A DNA stretch of 64,000 nt, taken from positions 8,099 to 72,098 of the forward strand of contig JACQYL010000001.1 of NCBI GenBank assembly GCA_016208165.1. The letters are read 5' to 3'. The notes beneath the pieces were generated by a model. It did no database searches, was not told the origin of the DNA, and saw only the letters and a list, made by a program, of their open reading frames with translations. Position numbers and translations under genes: made by a program. Below are positions 48,615 to 58,555 of the stretch, in pieces; the first letter of the stretch is position 1; the number at the start of each line of letters is the position of its first letter. The DNA is from Deltaproteobacteria bacterium. GTDB lineage: Bacteria; Desulfobacterota; Desulfarculia; JACQYL01.

Positions 48615-49940
48615 TTGGACCGGAGCATATACAACAAAGCGGTGCTGGGCTGGAGCCTGTACGATTTCGCCAACTCGGCGTTCGCCACCACCATCCTCGC
48701 CGTGATCTTCAACAAGTATTTCGCCCAGGTGGTGGCCGGTGGGGAGACCGGTGTCCTGATCTGGGGGGTACGAATCCCTGGCGCGGCATTGTTCGGCTAT
48801 GTGCTTTCCATGAGTTACGCGGTGGCGGCGTTCATGGGTCCCGTACTGGGCGCCATAGCGGATGAAACCCGCGCGAAAAAGAGGTTTCTCGGCGTCTTCT
48901 GCTGCCTGGGAGTGGTGTGTTCCGCCCTGCTCTATTTCGTGCACACCGGAGACGTCCTGTTGGGAAGCACGCTGTTCATTCTGGCGAATGTGGGCTTCGG
49001 TGGAGGGATGGTTTTCTACAATGCATTTTTGACTGAAATTTCGAACGAAGACAATGTGGGCCGTATCTCCGGGATCGGATGGGCTCTCGGTTACATAGGA
49101 GGCGGGCTCCTGCTGGCGCTGAATCTGGTGATGCTCGAATTTCCGCATTGGCTTGGATTTCCCGCCAAAACCTTCACTGTGGGTCATTGCTTTGTTTCCG
49201 TGGCTGTTTGGTGGGGAGTATTTGCGTTGCCGTTTTTCTTCTGGGTGAAGGAAAGGCGGGACTGCACAACGGCGCGGCCCGGTTCCGGATACCTTCGCCT
49301 CGGATTTTCGAGGGTGTTCGAGACCCTTCATCATATACGCCAACACAAGGAATTCACGAAATTCCTAGTCGCCTATCTCCTGTTCAACGACGGCATTGAA
49401 ACCGTCATTGTGTTCGCCTCGATCTTCGGAGCCGCCGTGGTGGGCATGGAGACGCACGAGCTGATCCTGTTCTTCCTGGTGATTCAGGGGACGGCGTTTT
49501 TCGGATCCCTCCTTTTAGGCTTTCTATCGGATCGCCTCGGCCAGAAAGGTACCCTTATGGCTACCCTGTTCGTGTGGACGGGCGTGGTCCTGTGGGCCTA
49601 TTTCATGGGATTTTGGGACCTTAAAAAAGAGTACTGGATCCTGGGGATCGTTTCGGGCACGGTGCTGGGCGGCTCTCAGTCCATAGCCCGTTCGATGGCA
49701 GGAAGACTGATTCCTACAGGACGCAGCGCCGAGTTCTTCGGTTTTTACGCCATCAGCGGCCGTTTTGCGGCCATCTTCGGCCCCGCCCTTTACAGTTCGG
49801 TCATCACCGTGACGGGCAGCATGCGATCGGGAGTACTCTCGCTGGGCATACTCTTTCTGGCGGGTATGATCGGTCTGTCGTGGGTCCGGGTCTCGAAAAA
49901 AACCGGGGCGGCTCGATTCGAGGAAACTTTGAGCGCCTGA
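48615..49940 (+). CDS. MFS transporter (UMF1/Atg22-like subfamily)
   Basis: 441 aa with 12 TM helices. N-terminus AVLGWSLYDFANSAFATTIL. Confidence 0.8.
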   Translation: MDRSIYNKAVLGWSLYDFANSAFATTILAVIFNKYFAQVVAGGETGVLIWGVRIPGAALFGYVLSMSYAVAAFMGPVLGAIADETRAKKRFLGVFCCLGVVCSALLYFVHTGDVLLGSTLFILANVGFGGGMVFYNAFLTEISNEDNVGRISGIGWALGYIGGGLLLALNLVMLEFPHWLGFPAKTFTVGHCFVSVAVWWGVFALPFFFWVKERRDCTTARPGSGYLRLGFSRVFETLHHIRQHKEFTKFLVAYLLFNDGIETVIVFASIFGAAVVGMETHELILFFLVIQGTAFFGSLLLGFLSDRLGQKGTLMATLFVWTGVVLWAYFMGFWDLKKEYWILGIVSGTVLGGSQSIARSMAGRLIPTGRSAEFFGFYAISGRFAAIFGPALYSSVITVTGSMRSGVLSLGILFLAGMIGLSWVRVSKKTGAARFEETLSA

Positions 49941-50208
49941 TCGTCGAGAACGAGGCCGAGAATACAAAAAGCAGTCCGATGGCCGCTCCCGCCAGAGGAT
50001 CCGTACCGGATACCAGCCCAAAAAACGAATGCCGGAACGACGAAAAATACGATCGACTCCTTCCCAAAGGCGGCCCATCCCAATGCCAATACCAACAGCT
50101 GCATACCCAGGATCAGCAGAAGGGAATGCAGCAGATTCAGAATCCTGTGCTCGGAAATCTTGGAGGAATCCAGTTCCATGACGTACCAGGTGTCCCGAGT
50201 AGGTTAAA

Positions 50209-51813
50209 TTATTCGAAACGGATGTCGTCGACGTTGATGTGACCCCAGCCGCTGCTCGATTGATCCACAATGCGGATTCGGGCGGTCCGGCCCAGGAAAG
50301 GCCTCACGTCCCAGACCAAGCTCTCCATGGTCTCATTGCACTTGCCGGCGGCCTTTCTTTCCACTTTGCCGCCAACCAGCAGTTCCATGCGCACCTTGGA
50401 TTCATCGCATCCTCCGCCGATCCGAAATCGGATATTCGGCTCGGTGATGGTAAAGGGGTCCGAAAGGAGTGTTCCCTGGGGCCCATCTCCCTGGACCGCC
50501 CCCGGTGGATCCGATGGACGGGGCCGCTTCTCAAATCCCCCTATCCAGTAGTCGCCTTCATGGCCGGACGGCTGTCCTCTCCGTCGGGCCGTGGGGTTGT
50601 CCCCATAGGTGGGCTGATGGGTAAACGCATTACCCGTCTTCTTCCATCCGGGCAGCTGCGGATTTTCGAAATCCCAACTGATTTCCGCGGAGCCGGGAGA
50701 CGCTAAAGGCTGGGCGCCGACGTCTTCCCCGGATTTCGGAGCTTTACCTTCCGAGGCCGGTCCCAGGTCAAGGAAGCGGACGTCGTCAAAATTGATGTGC
50801 CCCCACCCTGCGCTCGACCCGTCCACCAGTCGTATGCGCGCCGATTTCCCCTGGAATTTGGAGACATCCCAATAGACGCGCTGCATGCTCTCGTTACAAT
50901 TTCCGGTGGACGCCCGGACAACGCGCCCATCTACAACGAGTTCCGCGCGCGCGGTAGTCATGTCGCAGCCGCCGCCCAAGAGAAAGCCGATACCCGGTTT
51001 GGCGATGACAAACGGCGACGAGGTGAGGGTTCCCTGCGGGCCATCCCCTTGTATCGCTCCGGGCCGGTCAAAAGGTCGGGGACGCCTTTCGAATCCGCCG
51101 ATCCAATAGTCTCCTTCGTGCATGGACGGCTGACCTCGGTGGCGGGCCGTTGGGTTGTCTCCGTAGGTGGGCTGGGATAGGAAAGCATCTCCCGTTTGTT
51201 CCCATCCCGACAGGTCACCGGTCTCAAAATCCCATGTAGTTTCCGTGGCTTCCTCGGTTTGAATCGGCTCCTTTTCTCCGCCGGTGGTTTCCGCCTTGGC
51301 CGGCGGCGTTACTGAAACCGGGGGAACTTCCGTTTTTTCCGTTCCGAGAAGCCCTCCTATCAGGGTGCGAGTCAGGGTAGTGAGGAGATTCAGATCGTTG
51401 CCGCTCACGTTGCGCCCCAATTTGGCCTCTCCGGTTTTCACGTCGATCATCCTCGAGTTGATGGTATAGGCCGTGCCGATTTTGACGACCGAACCCACGA
51501 TGATGAGATCCGCGCCCAGAAGCTTGCCGAGTTCCACGGCGCTGCGGTCATCGATCACACCGGACATCTGAAGTTCCTGTTCGGAAAGGGCCCTTCTGAT
51601 TTGAGCGCGTTCCACAACGCGAAATTGTTGGGTGCCCACCAGTTCGGTCCGCATGATCTCGGCTACCGCTTTTCCGAGGTATTCCTCGGAGCCGATGCTT
51701 TCGAAATCCAGAACGGCAACGGTTGGTTTATTCTCCGCGATTCCGGTGCAAACCACGAACAGCATGGCGAGACAGACCACACTGGTGATCTTTGAAAAGA
51801 ACGAGGGCTCCAT
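50209..51813 (-). CDS. lipoprotein: CsgG/LpoB-like N-terminal domain followed by two tandem approx 165-aa beta-rich repeats
   Basis: Signal peptide with Cys (LFVVCTG). TVAVLDFESIG...RVVERAQI..AL.EQELQMSG is CsgG-like. Then WDFE.G.L.GW..TG.AF..QPTYGDNPTAR.RGQPS.HEGDYWIGGFE.RPRP.D.PGA.QGDGPQGTL.S.PF.I...I.F..GGGCD...RMEL.V.G.V...A.G.CNE.M....WDV..F.G..ARIR.VD.SS.GWGHIN.DD.RF occurs twice. Confidence 0.7.
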   Translation of the reverse strand: MEPSFFSKITSVVCLAMLFVVCTGIAENKPTVAVLDFESIGSEEYLGKAVAEIMRTELVGTQQFRVVERAQIRRALSEQELQMSGVIDDRSAVELGKLLGADLIIVGSVVKIGTAYTINSRMIDVKTGEAKLGRNVSGNDLNLLTTLTRTLIGGLLGTEKTEVPPVSVTPPAKAETTGGEKEPIQTEEATETTWDFETGDLSGWEQTGDAFLSQPTYGDNPTARHRGQPSMHEGDYWIGGFERRPRPFDRPGAIQGDGPQGTLTSSPFVIAKPGIGFLLGGGCDMTTARAELVVDGRVVRASTGNCNESMQRVYWDVSKFQGKSARIRLVDGSSAGWGHINFDDVRFLDLGPASEGKAPKSGEDVGAQPLASPGSAEISWDFENPQLPGWKKTGNAFTHQPTYGDNPTARRRGQPSGHEGDYWIGGFEKRPRPSDPPGAVQGDGPQGTLLSDPFTITEPNIRFRIGGGCDESKVRMELLVGGKVERKAAGKCNETMESLVWDVRPFLGRTARIRIVDQSSSGWGHINVDDIRFE

Positions 51814-52149
51814 GTCAGGACTCCGTTTCGATTGGGTGACTTTAACCTGCCTGTGTTTCTGGAGACGTCTCACCTGCGCGCCGGGAATTCGGACCCGTCT
51901 TCCACGGCTTGGGAGAGCCCCCTGACCGGGGACTCTCTTCCCGCAGTGATCGTGTCCAGTCTTCTATACCTCTTGTCAAAATTCAACCTTTTTGTCCGGT
52001 TTCGGCTGAACCCGTACAACAAGCGATTGCAGAGAAAGCATCCGGGTGCCGTAAGTATTAACGGGGGGAAAACTTTTCAAAAAACTCTTGGAATGTCTCA
52101 CGGCATAGCCCGAGCTTGACTGGTCGGGCTATTTTATATATGAAAAACT

Positions 52150-52740
52150 ATGGGTAAAAAATCCAAGAAAAACCGGAAATCAAAGAAAGGAAAACCAAAC
52201 CACCAAAAACGGCCCATATCAAACCAATCCGAAAGGCGCAAAAAAGTTCAAGAAAAAAACTTCTCAAAAATATCAATAGTTCCAAAAAAGTTAATTGCTA
52301 TAATCTGTACTCTCTCAAGTATAATAGCATTTGTCTTTTTGTTTTTCCCAAGAGTGGCTCTCGAAATTGGACCAATATTAAAACCAAATGATCCATTCAA
52401 GAATATTTTATACCTTTCAAATAATGGGTATTTCCCTATTTATAAAATATCTTGTTCGGTATATATCGTAGAGGCAAAAGGTGAAAATGCCAATTTCAGC
52501 CGTAATAATGTCTGGGATGTAAAAGGATTAAATTTACCTAAAATATCACCAGACGATAAAGCTCCATTAAGGCTTGAACATGTACTTAATATACAACCAT
52601 TCATTTTAGATCGTATTAAAGTGAAATTAACTATAAATTGTAAACTTTGGCCGATTCCGTTAAATTTTACTAAAGTTTTCCATATAGAGGCCAAGCAAAC
52701 CTTTGATAAGAAGTGGATTTGGATTCATTCAACGGAATAG
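52150..52740 (+). CDS. hypothetical membrane-anchored protein encoded in an AT-rich islet
   Basis: Local GC is far below the flanks. Lys-rich N-terminus (MGKKSKKNRKSKKGKPNHQKRP), one TM helix, and an approx 130-aa domain with no recognisable motif. Confidence 0.5.
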   Translation: MGKKSKKNRKSKKGKPNHQKRPISNQSERRKKVQEKNFSKISIVPKKLIAIICTLSSIIAFVFLFFPRVALEIGPILKPNDPFKNILYLSNNGYFPIYKISCSVYIVEAKGENANFSRNNVWDVKGLNLPKISPDDKAPLRLEHVLNIQPFILDRIKVKLTINCKLWPIPLNFTKVFHIEAKQTFDKKWIWIHSTE

Positions 52741-52787
52741 ATATCTACCGTAAAATGGGACATTCCGAAACGATGAAAAAGTCCGGC

Positions 52788-53852
52788 TCAGGGTTCCAAA
52801 TTCAGCGAAGAGGCATGCTTGCGATAGAGCCCCCGGAACTGGTGGTAGGTGAGGCCCAGAAGCTCGGCCGCTTTATGCTGGCGGAAGCGGGCCTCGAGGA
52901 GGGCCCGCTGAATCAGTCGAATTTCAAGATCGGCCACCTGCCGGGTCAACGGGGTGTCCAGGGCTAGGGCGGGTTCAAGCGGAGACTGGACCGCCGAATC
53001 AGCGGTCTGGCTCTGTTCGGAAGGGGGCGCCAAAACGGATTCAGGGAACGGATCGAAGACGATTTCTTTAATGGATTCAGAGTCGGATCGGTAAACGGCG
53101 CGTTCCACTACGTTCTTGAGTTCGCGTACATTTCCGGGCCAGGAATAGGCCTCAAGGGAGATCATGGCCTCTCGAGTGAACACCGGCAGGGCGTCGTGTC
53201 CCAATTCCTTTGCGATGCGCGAAGCGAAGTGACGCGCGAGAAGAGACACATCTCCCGCCCTGTTCCTGAGCGCCGGCAACAGCAGTACTTCAAAGGAGAG
53301 CCGGTCGAGGAGGTCGCGTTTGAACCGGCCTTCGCGCGCCAGGGCCGGCAAGTCCGCATTGGTGGCCCCGATGATGCGGACATCGACCATTACGACGTCC
53401 GACCCTCCAACCCGTTCAAAAGTGCCGTATTCCACGACGCGAAGAATTTTCTCCTGGGCTTCAAGGGGAATATTGCCGATTTCGTCGAGGAAAAGCGTAC
53501 CCCCGTGAGCGGCCTCGAAGCGCCCTATTCTTCGTTTGACGGCGCCGGTAAACGCCCCCGGCTCATACCCGAAGAGCTCGGATTCGATGAGGCCCGGAGA
53601 GAGGGCCGCGCAATTCAGAGCAAGCAGGGGACTCCTCCAACGGTGGGAAAGATAATGGAGACGGGAGGCGGCCAGTTCCTTACCGGTTCCTCTTTCTCCG
53701 ATGATGAGGATTGGGCGGTCCACACGTGCGGCCCGAGATAGACGCTCCTGGAAATCCAGAAAGGATTCCGACTCACCAAGGCCTTCCTGGGAAGCGAGGG
53801 CGGGCATGTCGGTCTGGTTGCGAGTGAAGGATGACATGGTGTATATTACCAT
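52788..53852 (-). CDS. pspF: sigma-54-dependent activator PspF (AAA+ domain + HTH, no receiver)
   Basis: GERGTGKELAASRLHYLS...ESELFGYEPGAFTGA (GAFTGA motif). C-terminal HTH. Divergent from pspA. Confidence 0.85.
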   Translation of the reverse strand: MVIYTMSSFTRNQTDMPALASQEGLGESESFLDFQERLSRAARVDRPILIIGERGTGKELAASRLHYLSHRWRSPLLALNCAALSPGLIESELFGYEPGAFTGAVKRRIGRFEAAHGGTLFLDEIGNIPLEAQEKILRVVEYGTFERVGGSDVVMVDVRIIGATNADLPALAREGRFKRDLLDRLSFEVLLLPALRNRAGDVSLLARHFASRIAKELGHDALPVFTREAMISLEAYSWPGNVRELKNVVERAVYRSDSESIKEIVFDPFPESVLAPPSEQSQTADSAVQSPLEPALALDTPLTRQVADLEIRLIQRALLEARFRQHKAAELLGLTYHQFRGLYRKHASSLNLEP

Positions 53853-53969
53853 ATATAGGCTAAAATAGCCAGTATTTTGCTAAAACAGCCGGATTACGTT
53901 CAGCCGGCGGGTCTCTGATTCACGTACAACTCGTTGATATTGCTTAGCTAGTATGGATTTTGCCCAAGT

Positions 53970-53984
53970 TGGCCCGGTTGTTGC
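53970..53984 (+). promoter_or_regulatory. sigma-54 promoter (TGGCCCG-N4-TTGC) upstream of pspA
   Basis: -24 GG / -12 GC elements with correct spacing, about 40 bp upstream of the pspA ATG. Confidence 0.5.
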
Positions 53985-54023
53985 CCACTTTCATGGCAAC
54001 CAAGCCACAAGAGAGGTGACATC

Positions 54024-54707
54024 ATGGGCGTTTTCAGCAGAGTTCGAGATATCGTGAGTTCAAACATCAATGCCATGCTGGACCGGGCGGAAGACCCGGA
54101 GAAGCTGGTCCGGCTCATGATCCAGGAGATGGAGGACACCCTGGTGGAAATCAAAGCCTCGTGCGCAGGGGCTATGGCAGCCAAAAAACAAACGCAGCGG
54201 GCTTTGGAAGACCACCGGGAGCGGACCCGTTCGTGGGAGCAGAGGGCGGAGCTGGCCGTTGGAAAGGGGCGCGAGGACCTGGCCAGAGAGGCGTTGCTGG
54301 AAAAACGCCGGTACCTGCAGCGCGCGGAGACCCTGGAGGACGAAATGGGTCAGACGCAGGCCATCATTGCCCAATACCAGGAACAGATCGCCCAGCTCGA
54401 GGAGAAGCTGGCCACGGCCAGAGAAAAGCAGCGTCTGCTCGTTCAGCGACACGTTCATGCCCGTGATCGGAAACGAGCCCAGGAAGACATTCGGCGCTTC
54501 GAAACTTCCGATGTGTTCCTGAGGTTCGAGCAGTTCGAGAACCGCATCGAGCGCATGGAAGCCGAGGCGGAGATGGTCAATCTCGGTCGCACTCCGTCGC
54601 TGGACGACGAGTTTGCCCGTTTAGCGGAAGGCGAAGAGATCGAGCGAGAACTCGAGACGTTGAAAGCCAAATGTGGACGAAGGGGCGAAGAACACCGACC
54701 GATGTGA
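54024..54707 (+). CDS. pspA: phage shock protein A
   Basis: MGVFSRVRDIVSSNINAMLDRAEDPEKLVRLMIQEMEDTL is the classic PspA/IM30 N-terminus. An all-coiled-coil 227 aa. Confidence 0.9.
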   Translation: MGVFSRVRDIVSSNINAMLDRAEDPEKLVRLMIQEMEDTLVEIKASCAGAMAAKKQTQRALEDHRERTRSWEQRAELAVGKGREDLAREALLEKRRYLQRAETLEDEMGQTQAIIAQYQEQIAQLEEKLATAREKQRLLVQRHVHARDRKRAQEDIRRFETSDVFLRFEQFENRIERMEAEAEMVNLGRTPSLDDEFARLAEGEEIERELETLKAKCGRRGEEHRPM

Positions 54708-54754
54708 TCGGGATGAAACGGACAAAGCTGAGTTGATCTGCATATGGAGGAAAG

Positions 54755-55000
54755 ATGAGTGAGGTTCTGTTGGCCTTCGTGCTGATCCTGGGTCTGCCCG
54801 TCCTGATCGTGGCGGGATTCTTCCTGATTTGGGTTTTGAAAATCCTCACACGTGGGGGCCCGCATAAGCGAGATGAGGCTCAAGCCGAGGAAACCCGTTT
54901 GATCCAGGAACTCCACCAGGGCCTTTTGAAGATGGAGGAGCGCATCGAGGCCCTGGAAACGATCTTGCTCGATGCGGAAAAAAAGGAAGATCGAAAATGA
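54755..55000 (+). CDS. pspB: phage shock protein B
   Basis: 81 aa with a single TM, then a coiled coil. Position and the 4-bp overlap with pspC support the call. Confidence 0.8.
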   Translation: MSEVLLAFVLILGLPVLIVAGFFLIWVLKILTRGGPHKRDEAQAEETRLIQELHQGLLKMEERIEALETILLDAEKKEDRK

Positions 55001-55401
55001 ATAGAGCGAACGAGAGATCGAGAACCGGTTTGTACCGTTCGCGGCGCGGTGTGATTTTAGGCGTTTGTCGCGGAGTGGCGGACTACTTCGACATATCCGT
55101 ATTCTGGACCCGCGTCGTGTTCGTTGCCGTACTGCTGTTTACAGGCATTTGGCCTATAGCAGGGCTGTATCTGGTGGCCGCCGCATTGATGAAGCCGGAG
55201 CCGGTGGTTCCGTTTCGAACGGAAGTCGATAGGGAGTTCTATAATTCGTATACGGCTTCCCGAGAATTGGGCCTTCATCGTTTGAAAGGCGCCTTCGACC
55301 GGCTCGACCGGCGATTGCGACGCATGGAAGACCTGGTGACCGCTCGGGAGTTCGACTGGGATCGTAGGTTCAGGGGTCCGGATTCGGGTAGAGGTCGATG
55401 A
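54997..55401 (+). CDS. pspC: phage shock protein C
   Basis: LYRSRRGVILGVCRGVADYFDISVFWTRVVFV is the PspC domain. Confidence 0.85.
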   Translation: MNRANERSRTGLYRSRRGVILGVCRGVADYFDISVFWTRVVFVAVLLFTGIWPIAGLYLVAAALMKPEPVVPFRTEVDREFYNSYTASRELGLHRLKGAFDRLDRRLRRMEDLVTAREFDWDRRFRGPDSGRGR

Positions 55402-55631
55402 GGCGCCCCGGCGTTTTTATGGCGGGTCCCGTTTTACAAACTCCGTAGATTCTGATAGAGTATCATATAACCACAAAAAAAGAGCACCGCGCACGTCGAA
55501 TCCGAGGCGCCAGGGTGGTGTCCTTTCCTTTGAAAATCCAGCCCTTCGCGGCTGCATTTTCCACTTCTTTTTCTCGTCGCGAGGGGCTGGAGTCGAATCG
55601 ACCTGCGGGCTGTTCGATCCGGAGTGAACCC

Positions 55632-55994
55632 ATGGTGAGACGGCTTTCGTTTACCAAGTACGAGCATGAAGTCCTTCCTGACTTCAGACAAAAAATCAAC
55701 ATGGCGGAATCCACCAGAGACGTCAGGAACTCCTTCTATCACGCGGCTTCGGAACTCTTCGACAACGTATTCGGAGATGCGGTTCGAATTGATTACGACG
55801 ACATCGAACTCGTGCCGGACTGCGATGATTGTTTTGTCATAAGCGACCGTCTGCGGAAGTCCACGGACTTCGCAACCATATGGAAAGATTCGGATCTGCC
55901 CAACGTTGTTGCTCGGATGGCGAGATCCGCAACGAATCGCTGCAAGAGACTGGAAAAACATTCTGAGAAGACCGACGCCAAAATCAGGATGTAG
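55632..55994 (+). CDS. hypothetical acidic cytoplasmic protein
   Basis: An ORF with moderate GC3 and no recognised motif. The antisense ORF 55434..55997 is about equally long; strand choice is low-confidence. Confidence 0.35.
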   Translation: MVRRLSFTKYEHEVLPDFRQKINMAESTRDVRNSFYHAASELFDNVFGDAVRIDYDDIELVPDCDDCFVISDRLRKSTDFATIWKDSDLPNVVARMARSATNRCKRLEKHSEKTDAKIRM

Positions 55995-56200
55995 CAACGG
56001 TTACGCACTCGGCTGATTCCGGCGCGAACAGCGGCCGGCCGGGAAGCCCTGAGTCACGAAAGGGGTCGGCTGCCGAAAGGGAGAGGTGTGGATGCACAAC
56101 GCCCGGTCGGTAAAGTGGTCGGTGCGCCCCGGCGCATGCTCGATCCTGCAGCACGGAGGTCGCCGGCTGCTTAACTCGGGATGCGGTAGGGTGTCGCGGA

Positions 56201-57805
56201 TCAGATACCGAAGATTTCTCGTATTCCGAACAGCAATTTGTCTCTGATCGACGCCTCTTTCCTCCCTCCGGTCAGCGCTTTGAGCCGGACCGATTCGCTC
56301 TCCATATATTTTTGGTCGGACAGCTCGACCGCGCGTTCTTTCTCCGCAAGGCGCGTCGCCAACACAGAACTGATGTTTTCCGCAAGAGCGGGATGGCTCT
56401 TGATGATGTGTTGAAAACTCTTCCTATGTAAGACAAATACTTCGCAATCCGTTTCGGCCGTCACGGTTGCCGAGCGCTTTTCTCCGGTCAGGACGGAAAG
56501 CTCTCCGAAAAAGTTTCCGGCAGTGAGACAGGCTATTCGAGTCCGTTGCTTCTGCGATGAATCCGCATACACCTCCACGCTTCCCGATCCGACGATGTAA
56601 AAGGATTCTCCATCGTCACCTTGCCTGATCAGGGTTTCCCCCTGGGAATAGTACTCGACGTACACTTCGCCGCTCAAGAACCGGAAATCATCATCGCTGA
56701 GGGGGGACAGGAAGTCGATGGATCGAAGTATCTTTTCAACGGCGCTCTTTCTTTCTTCCGGGGTGACTTCGGGTTGCACCCGCACGTCACGAACGGGATA
56801 AGGAATTTTGATGCCGTTCCGCTTAAATTGATACCAGATCCGGCGAAATACCTTATCTTCTATGGCGCGAACCCTATCGTAATCGGTGATCCAAAAACGA
56901 AGCTGGTAAACGATCGCGAAGTCGCCGTATTCAATCAAAAACACGGTGGGAGGGGGGGTCTTCTGGACTTCATCGATACCGAGAGCGCTCTGTATCAAAA
57001 CGGCGGCCGCTTGATTCGGCGGGTGATCGTACGAAACGCCGATGTTCTTTCTGCAAAGATGACTTCTCCAGGGAGCGGAGTAGTTGACAAGGCTCGATTT
57101 CGCAATCGCGTTGTTCGGAACAACGATCATGTCCTCGGATCGGTCCACGAGTTTGACCGAACGCCAGTTGATTTCAATCACCCTGCATTCTTTGCCTTCG
57201 ACGAGCACCCAGTCTCCTATCTTGAAGGGATTGTCCATCTGAATGGACAATCCGGCGAACAGATTTCCAAGCGTATCCTGGAGCGCCAAGCCGATGATCA
57301 GAGAAAATATGGCCGAGGTAGTGAGCAACGAGGTGAAATTGACATTGAAATAGACTCCCAGAAGCCAGATAACAATGATGAGATATAGAATGACTTTGCC
57401 GCTGTCCCGAACCAAAGCGGGTATTTTATGTTTGGACGGTCGACGTCGATAGTGCGCTTCCAGAAAAAGACTCACGGTCCCAATGGCGATATAAACGGAT
57501 ATCACCGCCAGAAGGATCTGTACTAAGGTCGGAACATGACCGGTGTACCCCTGCAGGAAGAAGGCTAGGTGGATGCTCGCCAAAATAGTGGCTATGTGCA
57601 CGACGGACAAGAACCTTCGGTTGGTGGTCTTGAACTGGTCCCACACGTCTTTGAACACCGCTGGAAGAATACGCCTCGTCAGAACCAGCGTCAGGATACG
57701 AACCAGAAGATAGAAGAGGACGCCGCAACCCACGGATAGCGCCATTTGCTCCAGAGCGTTCAGGTTTGAATAGAACGCTCGAATCGATGTTATATAAGGC
57801 TTCAA
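56201..57805 (-). CDS. mechanosensitive channel MscS-family protein with C-terminal cyclic-nucleotide-binding domain
   Basis: TM3/beta-domain MscS motifs (LIIGLALQDTLGNLFAGLSIQMDNPFKIGDWV). C-terminal cNMP domain (FGELSVLTGEKRSATVTA). Confidence 0.85.
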   Translation of the reverse strand: MKPYITSIRAFYSNLNALEQMALSVGCGVLFYLLVRILTLVLTRRILPAVFKDVWDQFKTTNRRFLSVVHIATILASIHLAFFLQGYTGHVPTLVQILLAVISVYIAIGTVSLFLEAHYRRRPSKHKIPALVRDSGKVILYLIIVIWLLGVYFNVNFTSLLTTSAIFSLIIGLALQDTLGNLFAGLSIQMDNPFKIGDWVLVEGKECRVIEINWRSVKLVDRSEDMIVVPNNAIAKSSLVNYSAPWRSHLCRKNIGVSYDHPPNQAAAVLIQSALGIDEVQKTPPPTVFLIEYGDFAIVYQLRFWITDYDRVRAIEDKVFRRIWYQFKRNGIKIPYPVRDVRVQPEVTPEERKSAVEKILRSIDFLSPLSDDDFRFLSGEVYVEYYSQGETLIRQGDDGESFYIVGSGSVEVYADSSQKQRTRIACLTAGNFFGELSVLTGEKRSATVTAETDCEVFVLHRKSFQHIIKSHPALAENISSVLATRLAEKERAVELSDQKYMESESVRLKALTGGRKEASIRDKLLFGIREIFGI

Positions 57806-58291
57806 TGAAGTACTCTCTCGCGACAGGACCGGTTCTTACTGAAAGCGACTCGAACGGCCAGGGGTAAAGGATGTTTTGTCTCTTCTGAAAACCATCGCCG
57901 GCTGTTTCGGGAGCTGGAGTGAAAACGAGAGAACAGACCGACACGCACTGAAACCTACACTGAGGAACGGATGAGTGTCAATGATATGGTTTGCATACGG
58001 ACGCCACGCACGAGTGGAAGAATCGATGACCGCCGGCGGCTGTCCAAATCCCGGCATCGCGAGGAGCACAACCCGCCCGCGCGTATGGGCGACGGGATGG
58101 AGAGCGTCGGACAACGGAACGTCTGTGTGGCGAATAGATCTTTGCGGGCGCTTTATGATAGATAGGATTGATGCATGCATAGACGGCGCTGCAGAAGGTT
58201 CTCACAAAACTGTTTTCAAGGCGGTTCCGCGGGCGCCGAAATCTTAAACAGGCTTGGCTCCGGGAGCCTGTTCCCCTCGGAAGGATACCAC

Positions 58292-58555
58292 ATGGCTAAG
58301 CATTCTCATGATTTTGTTGAAACGTACGTTGATCTGGTCGGATTCGGTATGGATCGGGAAATAGACGAAGCCACGGTTATCGTCATGCTGCAGAAACTCT
58401 CGGATGACGCGCTCATGGATCTGTTGCGGCATCGTCTTTCCGACGAGGAACTGAAGGACTTGTTCGAGATGGTCTCAAATTTGCTGAAAGAACACTTGTC
58501 CGAGGAAGAATACCATACGTTTTTTTTGAAGGACCGGGAGGAGGAGTCCCTCTGA
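58292..58555 (+). CDS. small acidic hypothetical protein (87 aa)
   Basis: ORF with RBS AAGGA; no motif recognised. Confidence 0.4.
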   Translation: MAKHSHDFVETYVDLVGFGMDREIDEATVIVMLQKLSDDALMDLLRHRLSDEELKDLFEMVSNLLKEHLSEEEYHTFFLKDREEESL

